In this document: piece after piece, positions 14,234 to 26,714 of the stretch
Numbering within the stretch: position 1 is the stretch's first letter
How the letters are laid out: every line of letters starts with the position of its first letter
Assembly: GCF_006345805.1 (NCBI RefSeq)
Contig: NC_042998.1
Coordinates: 45,880,001-45,944,000, forward strand
Direction: 5' to 3'
Length of the DNA: 64,000 nt
Origin: Octopus sinensis
Lineage: Eukaryota
Made by a program: the position numbers and the translations under genes
Notes under the pieces: model-generated
Databases searched by the model: none
What the model was told of the DNA's origin: nothing
What the model saw: only the letters and a program-made list of their open reading frames with translations

Positions 14234-15013
14234 TCTCTTATTATAAAAGGCAGATTTTATCTGCCTCCCTTTGGGAGTTATACAAATCTACAATATAGGA
14301 TTTCTTCAATTACAATTTACCTAGCATTTTTGAGAGTACAATGCATCGCGTCATGCCAGGTCCAGTTTTTAAAATTTAAACTCCAATTAAGCAAAATTTA
14401 CAGAAAACTCACATTCTGGTGTGTGTGTCAAATGCTTTTCTTAGTCTGGTTTACACCACACGCAAACACACACACAGTGTGCGACGAATAAAATGAAAGT
14501 AAATGTAATATTTGTTTCTGTCTATCACGCTGATAGATACATGAGTAAAATGTATGGGAAGCTAACAGATAACAGTGAGTGAAAATGTTCTTGGAAGAGA
14601 GTAAATTAGCGACAGAGTGATTTGAGCAAGACTAAACTGAAAGTATGAAACAGTGTTTATGTATAAACAGACGACACTTATGTATAAACAGACGTTACCA
14701 AACCGCCCGAATTTACCTATTCATATTTAAATGAGAATATCAGAGTAAATCTCTTTAGTACATTCGTGAAAACACGTATTATACTTCGTAAACACTTCAA
14801 ATACAGTTTTGTACAAAAATCGAAGTGTAATTTTAATTCCATGAATTATGGGAGATTTTTTTCCGAAATTTGTTCCTATTGTGTTTTCAAAATTTGTAAT
14901 TCTGACAAAAAATGGATACGAATTTCATTATACCAAGCAGCGAGTCAGAATTCGAAGGATTTTCTACTGAAGACCTTCATAAATCTAACTCTATGACTGA
15001 AAAAAAATAAGCA
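14234..15013 (+). mobile_element. Helitron-like 5' segment (family C head) upstream of the 15014-15406 element
   Basis: A|TC start tctcttattataaaaggcagattttatctgcctccc; the first ~270 bp match the reverse complement of 48810-49070. Confidence 0.6.
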
Positions 15014-15406
15014 TCTTTATATAAGAGTGAAGTTGTGTGTCTGTCCCCTTCGATTTAGATTCGTAACTACTCCCACATTTTGCTGTGCAGTTTAACCAAA
15101 AACGGGTATCTTATAGTCGTGATTCATATCGAGCCCTTCTGGGTATTAGCGCGCGTCTACGATGAGTCTACGATTAAAAAAAAATTTACCATCATATTTT
15201 TCCATTTGAATGCATTTTTTTCGCTTTTATATAAGGGAAGTAACTCTCTAAAAATATCTACGATGTGTCAACGATTTAAAAAAAAATTTACCTTAATTTT
15301 TTTCAATTTTTAATGCATTTTTTTGCTATTTTTTGCTATAACTCTCTAAAAATGCTTATATAGTTATTTCCCTTACAACCCGAGCAACGCCGGGCGATAC
15401 TGCTAG
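15014..15406 (+). mobile_element. Non-autonomous Helitron
   Basis: A|TC 5' end; 3' hairpin cccgagcaacgccggg followed by gatactgCTAG|T. Confidence 0.85.
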
Positions 15407-15967
15407 TATATATATATATATATTATATATATATATATATATATAGTGTTTTTGTTTCTATTTTTATGTTCTCAAAGAATAGAAAATATATTTACTATTC
15501 CATTTAATCAGTTGCCTGTTCACCGCATAACGATGTCTGTCTGTCTCTGTCTGTCTCTCTCTCTCTCTCGCTCTCTCCCTCTCTCTTTCTGCCTGTCTGT
15601 CGTCTGTCTGTCTGCCTGTCTATCTGTTAGTACGGGTGCATGGATGCATGTTCCACTTAAGTACATTTTTATAAGAATCCTTTCCCGAAGGAGGGAGCTG
15701 TTTTTAACATAGAAACAAAAGCTACCTCACTAGAATTTGGAAACCAACAACGATAACAACGGCGATCTTTCTCGTATTCAGTCAGTTTAAGTTGTAAGTG
15801 GAGCGGTAAAATTACGCCAGACGGTTTTTTGTACATTTCATAATATGACTGCTTATTGTTGCTGAGTTCCAATAATACAGCCTTGTTTCTTTGTTAGAAA
15901 CCAGACTTTTCTTTGTTGAAATGGTTCAAGTGTATAAAGAAAATACACAAACAAACAAACAAACAAA

Positions 15968-16012
<45 letters not shown>

Positions 16013-16074
16013 ACACACACACACTCACACACACATACACACACACGCGCGCGCGCAAACGTATATATACATAA

Positions 16075-16320
16075 TACGAACGAGTACTACTGGAATTTCC
16101 CAGTAAAATCCTCAATAAAATCAAACATAATAGACCAGACATTGTGATTTGGGATAGAAGAGAGAAGTTATGTACTTCAGTAGAAATCACTTGTCTAGCG
16201 GATGTCAACATAATGCTAAAGGTCAACGAGAAAGAAAAGACTTACGTTGAACCATTGAGAAAATTACGGCTACTCCACCCAGGTTACAAGTTCAGATTTA
16301 TACCCGTAACTATTGCTTTG
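16075..16320 (+). mobile_element. Fragment of an RLE-bearing non-LTR retrotransposon (R4/Dong/NeSL-like endonuclease domain), copy 1
   Basis: Translates to KIKHNRPDIVIWDRREKLCTSVEITCLADVN...KEKTY, the PD..D..E..K restriction-like endonuclease pattern. Confidence 0.7.
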
Positions 16321-16443
16321 CTTAGAAGAGGGTAATATTGCTTTTGGTTTTGGGGTAAAAAAGAGGAAAGAGAGAAAGAAAAGCAAGGGGGAAATAGAGA
16401 GAGAGAGAGAGAGAGAGAGGTTTCAGGGCAATCGAGAAAAAAG

Positions 16444-16488
<45 letters not shown>

Positions 16489-16654
16489 CAAATTAAACTT
16501 AAATGTTGAAGTGAATCGAACGGCTTTTGTGTGTTTCTTAAATGGCTTACAAACACCTTCCACGCTGCAATTGTTTTCGTTTCAGCACACGATCTCAGAT
16601 CAAATCACTTGCTATGCGAGTGCATCTCCGTAATAATAATAATATATATATATT

Positions 16655-17065
16655 TACACAAGTCAAACTGGACTGCGATTACTCAAGACTTATTGCAAGT
16701 GGACTGGTCCTTCACCCTTGCTTCCTCCAAAACCACAGCAAACACAAATGCATGGCAACTATTTGAGGACACGGTCACCCACATATGCTCAAAACGCACA
16801 CCCTCACGACTCATGAATAACAGTAGATGCAAGATTCTAAAACAGAGAAAAGCGCTCACCAGGAGAATAAAAAGAATAACCCGAAAAATCAATATTCTAA
16901 AATACCACAATCAGCATCACTCCCAATCGAGAAATATAACAACCTTGGAATCAAAGAAGCAGCAACTGTAGGACTGTATGAGAATCATGAAAGAATGCAG
17001 ACAGCAACTTGCAAATCTCTGGAAGAAATCACTGGATGCCAGTTTTATCCCCCGAAAAACTTCAT
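16655..17065 (+). mobile_element. LINE ORF2 linker fragment between EN and RT (CR1/L2-like); duplicated at 18100-18520
   Basis: HKSNWTAITQDLLQVDWSFTL...NAWQLFEDTVTHICSKRTP resembles the post-endonuclease W..I...L..VDW...AW..F pattern. Confidence 0.55.
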
Positions 17066-17072
17066 AGTAATA

Positions 17073-17120
<48 letters not shown>

Positions 17121-17369
17121 CAACAACAACAACGTTTTTTGTACATTTCATAATATGATTGCTTATTGTTGCTGAGTTCCAATAATACAGCCTTGTTTCT
17201 TTGTTAGAAACCAGACTTTTCTTTGTTGAAATGGTTCAAGTATATAAAGAAAATACACAAACAAACAAACAAACAAACACACACACACACCACACACACA
17301 TACACACACACACACAACACACACACACATACACATACACACGCGCGCGCGCCCAAACGTATATATACA

Positions 17370-17620
17370 TAATACGAACGAGTACTACTGGAATTTCCCA
17401 GTAAAATCCTCAATAAAATGCAAACATAATAGACCAGACATTGTGATTTGGGATCGAAGAGAGAAGTTATGCACTTCAGTAGAAATCACTTGTCTAGCGG
17501 ATGTCAACATAATGCTAAAGGTCAACGAGAAAGAAAAGACTTACGTTGAACCATTGAGAAAATTACGACTACTCCACCCAGGTTACAAGTTCAGATTTAT
17601 ACCCGTAAATATTGCTTTGC
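17370..17620 (+). mobile_element. RLE-clade non-LTR fragment, copy 2 (duplicated)
   Basis: Same HNRPDIVIWDRREKLCTSVEITC peptide as copy 1. Confidence 0.7.
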
Positions 17621-17745
17621 TTAGAAGAGGGTAATATTGTTTTTGGTTTTGGGGAAAAAAAGGGGAAAGAGAGAAAGAAAAGCAAGGGGGGAATAGAGAG
17701 AGAGAGAGAGAGGTTTCAGGGCAATCGAGAAAAAAGGAATAATAA

Positions 17746-17785
<40 letters not shown>

Positions 17786-17798
17786 TAATAATAATAAT

Positions 17799-17971
17799 AA
17801 TTGCAGCGTGGAAGGTGTTTATAAGCCATTTAAGAAACACACAAAAGCCGTTCGATTCACTTCAACATTTAAGTTTAATTTGTATGACAAATTAAACTTA
17901 AATGTTGAAGTGAATCGAACGGCTTTTGTGTGTTTCTTAAATGGCTTACAAACACCTTCCACGCTGCAATT
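17799..17971. repeat. Fold-back palindrome with 85-bp arms and a 3-nt spacer
   Basis: Arms 17799-17883 and 17887-17971 with one mismatch; absent from the first tandem unit. Confidence 0.9.
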
Positions 17972-18056
17972 GTTTTCGTTTCAGCACACGATCTCAGATC
18001 AAATCACTTGCTATGCGAGTACATCTCCGTAATAATAATAATAATAATATAATAAT

Positions 18057-18101
<45 letters not shown>

Positions 18102-18549
18102 CACAAGTCAAACTGGACTGCGATTACTCAAGACTTATTGCAAGTGGACTGGTCCTTCACCCTTGCTTCCTCCAATACCACAGCAAACACAAATGCATGG
18201 CAACTATTTGAGGACACGGTCACCCACATATGCTCAAAACACACACCCTCACGACTCATAAATAACAGTAGATGCAATATTATAAAACAGAGAAAAGCGC
18301 TCACCGGGAGAATAAAAAGAATAAACCGAAAAATCAATATTCTAAAATACCACAATCAGCATCACTCCCAATCGAGAAAAATAACAACCTTGGAATCAAA
18401 GAAGCAGCAACTGTAGGACTGTATGAGAATCCTGAAAGAATGCAGACAGCAACTTGCAGCTCCTCTTGCAAATCTCTGGAAGAAATCACTGGATGCAAGT
18501 TTTATTCCCTGAAAAACTTCATAGTAATAATAATAATAATAATAATAAC

Positions 18550-18610
<61 letters not shown>

Positions 18611-18944
18611 GCAGCAGCAGCAGCAACAACAACAACAACAACAGTTATCATTGTAAGTAATTAATTATACCAATTTGAATCACGGAACTTCATCAGAGCG
18701 AAAAGTAAATAAAATAAAAGTAAAAAAGAAGAAAAAGGAGAAAGTGAGAACAGTGATAATCAATTCATATTTCTTTATTGCCCACAAGGGGCTACAGTGA
18801 TAATCAATTCATGCTACATGCAGAACCACCGGGAAATTTTCGACCGACTAGAATTAGAAATAGAACTGGGGTAGTTATGATATTTAGTGGTACATTCCTA
18901 TATACGGGTGGAAGGTGTGAGTTAAATATATAACTATATGAAGA

Positions 18945-19178
18945 GGCGGCGAGCTGGCAGAAACGTTAGCACGCCGGGCGAAATGCTTAGTGGTATTTCG
19001 TCTGCCGTTACGTTCTGAGTTCAAATTCTGGTGAGGTCGACTTAGCCTTTCATCCTTCCGGGGTCGATAGATTAAGTACCAGCTACGCACTGGGGTCGAT
19101 ATAATCGACTTAATCCGTTTGTCTGTCCTTGTTTGTCCTCTCTGTGGTTTGTCCTCCCTTGTGGATAGTAAAACAAAT
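18945..19178 (+). mobile_element. tRNA-derived SINE, family B
   Basis: ggcggcgagctggcagaaacgttagc head, B-box-like gagttcaaattc, body gtcgacttagcctttcatcc. Confidence 0.85.
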
Positions 19179-19494
19179 ATAGATAACTATATGAGCAATT
19201 TGGTTAGGTAAAAAAAAATAAGATGAAAAGTAAAAAAATATAATTAGAAATACCGGTAGTTATAGGACTAAATAATAACAGTTGAGTGTAATTTATTATT
19301 TATTGACTTCGTAAGCCTTTTACTTTGATCTCCATGTTCTGCTTTCCTTGAATATTGATAAACTTCGGTTTATTCTTGTCATTGCCTATCATTTATGAGC
19401 ATTAATACCAATGCTCGTGATTAAATATAGGTAACACACCAGTGGATTCTGTTGGATACACGTATCCCTTAGATGGTGTATATATGTGTGTGTG

Positions 19495-19539
<45 letters not shown>

Positions 19540-19584
19540 AATTGATTTGTTTACATCCCCGTGCCTTAGCGGTTCAGCACAAAA

Positions 19585-19914
19585 AAGGATGAAAAGCAAA
19601 GTCGACCTCGGCGGAATTTGAACTCAGAACGTAACGGCAGACGAAATACGGCTAAGCATTTCGCCCACCGTGCTAACGTTTCTTATTTCTTTACTGCCCA
19701 CAAGGGGCTACACATAGAGAAACAAACAAGGACAGACAAAATGATTAAGTCGATTACATCGACCCCAGTGCGTAACTGGTACTTAATTTAATCAACCCCG
19801 AAAGGATGAAAGGCAAAGTCGACCTCGGCGGAATTTGAACTCAGAACGTAGCGGCAGACGAAACACCGCTAAGCATTTCGCGTGGCGTGCTAACGTTTCT
19901 GCCAGCTCGCCGCC
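19585..19914 (-). mobile_element. SINE family B, one full copy plus a partial tandem copy
   Basis: Reverse complement of the family B consensus seen at 18945 and 24428. Confidence 0.85.
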
Positions 19915-20086
19915 TTTATACATAGATATATTAAACGATCCTTGAGTTAATGTTTGATGGTTTTCATATATAAACATCCACAAAAACTAGCATATTATTA
20001 CATATGAGTATGTCAGTGGATGTATGTGTATGTGTACGTTAGTGGATGTGTGTGTGGGGATGTTTTTTCGTGTGTGTGTGCGTGCG

Positions 20087-20117
<31 letters not shown>

Positions 20118-22632
20118 TGTGTGTGTGTGTGGTGTGTGTGTGTGTGTGTTGTGTGTGTGTGTGTGTGTGTTAAAGTGATTGTAGAGCAACGCAATTTGAA
20201 GTGTTTTGCTCAAGAACACAACACACCATCCTGTCAAGAAATCGAAACCATGGAATCGAAACTGTGATCTCACGATCACGAGTGCAACACCCTGGGACTA
20301 AGCCTCGAAGCCTCACACACACACACACGCACGCGCGCGCGCGCATGCACGCACACACACACACACACACACACAACACACACACACACATGTTGAAGCT
20401 TGTGGGTCAGACGAGTTCAAAATAGCAACGATAAAAATTAGCAAAAGCTTAACGAAATCTAAAACAATGAGCAATCATGTAAAGAACATTATTTATTCCA
20501 TTAATAAAATAAAACGATACTTATTCTATTCATCTATTTTCTTCTCTTTCTCTCCCGCCTTTTTTTCCCCCTATTGTCATAAACATTGTAATAGGCCACC
20601 AGGAGAGTGACTGACAAGAAAGAAAGAAAGAAAAAAGAAAGAAACCCAACCATGAAACCAACTCAATCTCATAGAAGACAAAATTAATATCTGCAGATCA
20701 CTGCTCGTCCATTAAATAGAACAATGCGGTGTCCACAAATACAGTTACTATCGCGAGAGCATATCTGTATAATGCTGTTCATATTCATAAGGCGATAGAC
20801 TACAGCCGACATGCTCCTATGCTCAGATTATCTATATTGCTGTTTCATCAGCAATTAACAAAGATCAACTGATTTTATTTCTATTTTTATTTTTTTTTAC
20901 TGAATGTTCCCACACCGAGAATTGTTTGCCATTGGTTTCTTTCTGAGAAGGTGACAAATTTGCTGGGTCGCCAGAACGTCAAACGATATGGTTTGTGGTG
21001 TTTAGTCAAGCACTTTGCGTTCTGCAATCAAGCACAGCCGAAGTCAACATTGCTTTTCATCGTCTTGGGATCGATATATAAAAGCACCAGCCTGTAACGG
21101 TGGGTCAGGGGAGATGTGAGGACATCAGAATTAATATTACAAAATAATATTACAAACCTTTGTAATAGTTCTGGCAAGACTTGTGTTACTTGGAAAAGGT
21201 GATAGGAAGACTACAGTGAAACTGCCGTGGAAATGGAAAATCCAACTTGCACAGATAGAATTCTTCTTCAGAGTAAAGTTGACAGAAGGGAAATAAATGA
21301 AAGATAGCAGAAATTTACATCTTCTTTGAGAAACTGGCTGCAACATATATTTTACATACATTGAAATTAAAAAACTTTGTTAGAATGTGAATTACATGTA
21401 CGAATATTCCCTCAGAAAATCTTTGTCTGATATTTACCAATTTGGGGAGAGGTTACCGAAATGGTGTATGTGTCCGATTGCGACAGCATAGACATTTAAA
21501 ACAGTTAATGAAAGCACAGTACATGCTACCAAACCATATTTACTCGTCGTGGGGCGACTAGCTGTACTGTCGAATATTATACTATTGAGAATTCGCTCAG
21601 CTCCTCATGTTTCCAGTCTCTTTGTCTTATCAACAATTTAACAATCCTGTTGAGCCTTTCATAGCCATGGTTCTATTATAATTTACCACCTATGTTGCTA
21701 TTAATTTTGAAAATAATCATGAATTCTCTTGTATTTAGTTAAATAATTAATTTTTAACAAATTATTTCTATATCTTTAGCTGGTATTTATGATTATAAAT
21801 TTCTTACATATAATTATCGTAGAGAGTTTTGATTTAAATATCTACACTTTAAAATATTATTTTTTTTTATCAAAGTACCAAAGGTGGTTGCAAGTGCGTT
21901 TATACAAAAATTTGAGGAGACATTTGTTTGAAATACGAATAAAAAGAAGAAAAATGTAATCTATATTTATGACCCCAATCATTTAACAGGATCAATTTCC
22001 ATTAAAACAGGCTTGTTCGCTAATAAAAAATCTTTCCACTGCTGAATTCATTTTATGAAAAATCCGGTCAAAATATTGAATTTTCCTTGAAAATTCAGTA
22101 AAAAAAAGTTTTATCTGATGGTAAGCTTTAAACCATGGATCTACGGACAGCCTAACTTTACAGTTCTGGTACAAAGGTTTTACATAAGAGTTTTTGATAG
22201 CCTTGTAGCGCTTCCCTTGTCTGGAATGAGTGCAAATGTTTGGCAGTAAATCCAGCCTCAATATGCACATTATTAAGATTAACAAAACTTCGTGGCTCTT
22301 GATATCCTCCATCATGTTCAATCAAACATGTTCAATTAAAAACTAATGAAGAGTAACTTACTTTCCTTGGATGTCTGAGCTCTTCTCATACAGAATGCGA
22401 GCATTTGTACAGCACCAATCACTCAAATGGACTAGGTCATGTCTCCAACACTTCACAAACTTACTACCTGCTGAATATTGATCAATCATCTGATCAGAAG
22501 AATCTGTTTTATCCGTTCTAGAATCATATCCCACAACAACACTCGGTCCATTTTTTACCCTACTGTCATATATTCCTTTCATACAAGGAAATTAAGATTT
22601 CGATAAAATGTGAACTACCTTACTCTTTCTTT

Positions 22633-23043
22633 TCTTTTATTCTTTTACTTGTTTCAGTCATTTGACTGCGGCCATGCTGGAGCACCGCCTTTAGTCGAGC
22701 AAATCGACCCCGGGACTTATTCTTTGTAAGCCCAGTACTTATTCTATCGGTCTCTTTTGCCGAACCGCTAAGTGACGGGGACGTAAACACACTAGCATCG
22801 GTTGTCAAGCAATGCTAGGGGGACAAACACAGACACACAAAGACATACACACACACACATATATATATATACATATAAACGACAGGCTTCTTTCAGTTTC
22901 CGTCTACCAAATCCACTCACAAGGCATTGGTCGGCCCGAGACTATAGTAGAAGACACTTGCCCAAGGTGCCACGCAGTGGGACTGAACCCGGAACCATGT
23001 GGTTGGTTAGCAAGCTACTTAGCACACAGCCACACCTGCGCCT
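22633..23043 (-). mobile_element. tRNA-derived SINE, family C, with an internal (CA)/(TA) tract
   Basis: Minus head aggcgcaggtgtggctgtgtg...gggttcagtccc, then ggcaccttgggcaagtgtcttctac; partial heads also at 9420-9510, 53555-53690 and 62320-62460. Confidence 0.8.
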
Positions 23044-23046
23044 ATT

Positions 23047-23203
23047 GTACAGCAGGGATCACCACCATCCCCTGCCGGAGCCTCGTGGAGTTTTTTAGGT
23101 GTTTTCGCTCAATAAACACTCACAACGCCTGGTCTGGGAATCGAAACCGCGATCCTATGACTACGAGTCCGCTGCCCTAACCACTGGGCCATTGCGCCTC
23201 CAC
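23047..23203 (-). mobile_element. SINE family A, 5' half
   Basis: Matches 405-578. Confidence 0.8.
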
Positions 23204-23323
23204 TAATATCCTTTTAAAAAATATTTGTCTGGTATTTAGCACTTTTGGGAGTTTCTTATAATGTTCCCCGACACTGTTTAATGTGCATTTAATCTACTTC
23301 TCATGTTTTCAGTAAAAAAAAGG

Positions 23324-23747
23324 TGATCCTTTCGGTTTGAACGGCAGTTTTTTCTAGCGGTGTCATATGAAATTGTCACCCATAATTATGACCCTAGAAT
23401 CGATCTATTGCATTTCAATCTGTTTTAGGGTTAGGGTTAGGGTTAGGGTGGGGGAAGGGTATCTTTTTTTCTTCACAAATGTAAATAAACCCAATCTGTT
23501 TCTTAAACGAGGTACATATTCATACGGTACAGAATGCTTTTTAACTCAATAGACGTCACTGATTGGTTGAAATTGCAGAAATTGAAGAAAAAAAAACAAC
23601 AAATATCTTACAAACTATAGAATTTTCTCAATAAAGCCAAGAGAAAAAGAGATGTTTTATAAACACATTCTACCAGTATACGAAGTTTAAAATTTTTTAG
23701 TTACCTAGAAATTATGTTAAAAACTGCCGTTCAAACCGAAAAGATCC
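23324..23747. mobile_element. GGATC-TIR MITE with (TTAGGG)n, opposite orientation to 9679-10088
   Basis: Colinear reverse complement of 9679-10088; ttaggg repeats at 23425-23448; inserted in an A-tract with an imperfect aaaaaag duplication. Confidence 0.9.
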
Positions 23748-24224
23748 CCAAAAAAGTTTTATCTGGTGATAAGCTTTGAACCATGGATCTATGGACAGCC
23801 CAACTTTACAGTTCTGGTACAAAGGTCTTTGATAGCCTTGTAGCGCTTCTCTTGTCTGGAATGAGTATAAATGTTTGGCAGTAAATCCAGCCTCAATATG
23901 TATATTTTAATATTTTTGTTGAACTGCTTACATTCATCATGATATGATAAGCTTTTCAATCATTTTTGTCCTTTTTATTTTCTCAGACGCTGTATGTCTG
24001 TGTTCTGGTGAAGGTCTGGTAGACTGGGTTAAGGTCATAAATAAATAGTTTAACGTTCTCCGCTTTCCTAGTGTTAATCTGAATTTGAATTTTTAATACG
24101 TAACTGACAGTTCTTGTTTCTGCTTGTACTGACGGTCTCAAATTTCACGCAGTTAGGTTTTTATGTATCTCTGTTCCTTTGTATGCATGTATGTATACAT
24201 ACCTAAGAATACACACATAATGCA

Positions 24225-24257
<33 letters not shown>

Positions 24258-24427
24258 TGTGTGTGTGTGTGTGTGTGTGAAGGTTGTTACAACGTTGCCC
24301 TCACGATCGTTAGATCATAGTTTCGACTCGCATACCGGTGCGTTGTGTTCTTGAGCGAAACACTTCATTTATCATTGTTTCAGTTTAATCATGACTAACC
24401 CTGCGATGAACTGATATTCTGTTCATA

Positions 24428-24665
24428 GGCGGCGATCTGGCAGAAACGTTAACACGCCGGGCGAAATGCGTAGCCGTATTTCGCCCGTCTCTACGTTCTG
24501 AGCTCAAATTCCGCCGAGGTCGACTTTGCCTTTCATCCTTTCGGGGTCGATTAAATAACTACCAGTTAAGCACTGGGGTCGATATAATCGACTTAATCCA
24601 TTTGTCTGTCCTTGTTTGTCCTCTCTGTGTTTAGCCCCTTGTGGGTAGTAAAGAAATAGGTATTC
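24428..24665 (+). mobile_element. SINE family B
   Basis: Full head-to-tail match to 18945-19178, ending gaaataggtattc. Confidence 0.85.
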
Positions 24666-24956
24666 TGTTCAAAGGGAATGTTGATCTAACCGCCAAGCCA
24701 AGCGGGGTGGCTTCATTAGAAAGCAACAGCAATGCAAGAAGCTGCATTGTGACTAGCAGTGTATAGCAACACACGATAGTCTGGTCGATACAGTGATAAA
24801 GTGATATGTAATGTATGTATGTATGTTAGTTCTGGTAGTATTAAAAAATATGTTTCACCATATTGGTGTGAAGAGTAATTTTCAACCCAGAAACAATGTT
24901 CTTTCATTGGAATACAGACAATATCAACTAGTTTGTCATGCATATATGTGTTTGCG

Positions 24957-25266
24957 TGGAGACGCAATAACCCAGTGGTTAGGGCAGCTGACTCGCGGTC
25001 GTAGGATCGCGGTTTCTATTCCCAGACCGGGTGTTGTGAGTGTTTATTGAGCGAAAACACCTAAAGCTCCACGAAGCTCCGGCAGGAGGGGGGGGCGATC
25101 CCTGCTGTACTCTTTCGCCACAACTTTCTCTCACTCTTTCTTCTGTTGGCCTGCTCGCTTAGCCAGCGGGGTGGCGTCATTTGAAGGCTAAAACAATGCG
25201 AAGCGCATTGTGACCAGCGATGTGTAGCAACATCTGATAGCCCGGTCGGTCTTGTGATCACGTGAT
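24957..25266 (+). mobile_element. SINE family A, full length
   Basis: Reverse complement of 268-578. Confidence 0.85.
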
Positions 25267-25383
25267 ATGTGTTTGCACATATCACATATGTATGTATGTC
25301 ATTGCATGTGTCGATCTATTAGTTTTGGTTTATATATGTATACATATGCAACTATATATATATATACAAAGAGGGAGAGAGAA

Positions 25384-25475
<92 letters not shown>
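25384..25475. repeat. (AGAT)n microsatellite, one example of many (TA)n, (CA)n, (TACA)n, (AAT)n and (GA)n tracts in the window
   Basis: Directly visible. Confidence 0.95.
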
Positions 25476-25476
<1 letters not shown>

Positions 25477-25503
25477 TTGTAGATACATAGCTATAGATAT
25501 ATA

Positions 25504-26331
25504 CAGGGTGTGGCAAATAAACTGTCGTCTAAGTTACGCAAAAATGAAACTAACACCAACATCTCATTTTAACATATATTTACTAACTAAAGAGTAAATT
25601 TATTCAATAAAATCGACATTGGCTTCAACCACAGCCTCCAGACGACTTCGGAATGTCCTGCAACTCTTTTGGCCGATCTCCTTGTTTAAGTTGGTGAATG
25701 CTACCATAATCCTTGCCTTCAGTTCATCTTTGGTGTTACAAGGAGTTTTGTTGGTCTCTCGCTGTGATGGGGCCAGATAGTAGGGATGATGTGGTCGTAG
25801 AAATTGTCTGACAGCCGTGACTGGGTTCTCCTGCTTGTGTGGCATGGTGCAGAGTCTTGTTGCCAGACATAGGATCTTCCAGCAGCCACCCTCTTGACCC
25901 AGGACAGCACTACCTCCTCCAGGCACTCGTGTTAAGTGTGAGGCAGAGTGGGAAGATGAATGGAGGCATAACTTCGCCATCACTAGTGATCACCCCAAAC
26001 ACCATCACTTTGACTGGATGTCTGATTTTCATCACTCTCGGTACATGTCCTTAGATTGCACTGTCCTTAGATTGACACTCAAACACTCTAAAATGTTCGT
26101 ATTGGAGCTTCTGGCGCTTCGAATTGCAGCTTCCGGCACGAATGCCAAGCAGTACAGCATGTCGTTTCCAAATTCCTGGCAGAGTGAAATGCATCATGAT
26201 GCAGTTTTTTTTCTGATAGACGGTGCCCAACTGACCCTACTATACTGTGTAGTCGACAAAATCAAAAACAAAGAATGCGCACGCACAAAATTAAAAATAT
26301 AAAATGGCAACAATTTACCCACTGCACCCTG
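25504..26331 (-). mobile_element. Internally deleted Tc1/mariner element, DD37D (maT)-like transposase remnant
   Basis: TA-cagggtg...caccctg-TA ends; minus-strand peptides VMVFGVITSDGEVMPPFIF, WVKRVAAGRSYVWQQDSAPCHTSRRTQ and PCNTKDELKARIM. Confidence 0.8.
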
Positions 26332-26714
26332 TATATATAAGTATGTGTGTCTTTGTATTTGTCTCCTACTACCGCTTGACAACTGGTACTAGTCTTTTTC
26401 TTTTTTATGTCTCTGTAAATTAACGCTTCAGCAAAAAGAGACCAATAGAATAAGTACCGGTTTACAAAAGCAAAAAAGCAACAAAAAAAAGCTGGGCTTC
26501 GATTTGTTCAACTAAACCCCTTCAATACCCCAACATGACCGCAGTCTAATAAATGAAACTAGTCAAACATAAAATAAAGATAAGAGGTTATGAAGTCTTC
26601 CTGCTTCTTACATTAACCTTCGGATCAAAGCATTCAACAAAATATATCAATACTTCCTTCTATGTTTCTTACAATTAATGTTCTTTGTCACAATTCTTTA
26701 CAGATCTAAATGCT

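Larger units (their letters stand above)
15824..18660. repeat. Tandem duplication of an ~1.3-kb unit (15824-17133 and 17134-18660)
   Basis: Both units start gttttttgtacatttcataatatga and share all unique blocks; the microsatellite lengths differ. Confidence 0.9.

Noticed and set aside
18670-18700. ttcatcagag motif (CTGATGA on minus), also at ~34965
   Set aside because: No GAAA at the expected distance and no stem II, so it is not callable as a hammerhead.
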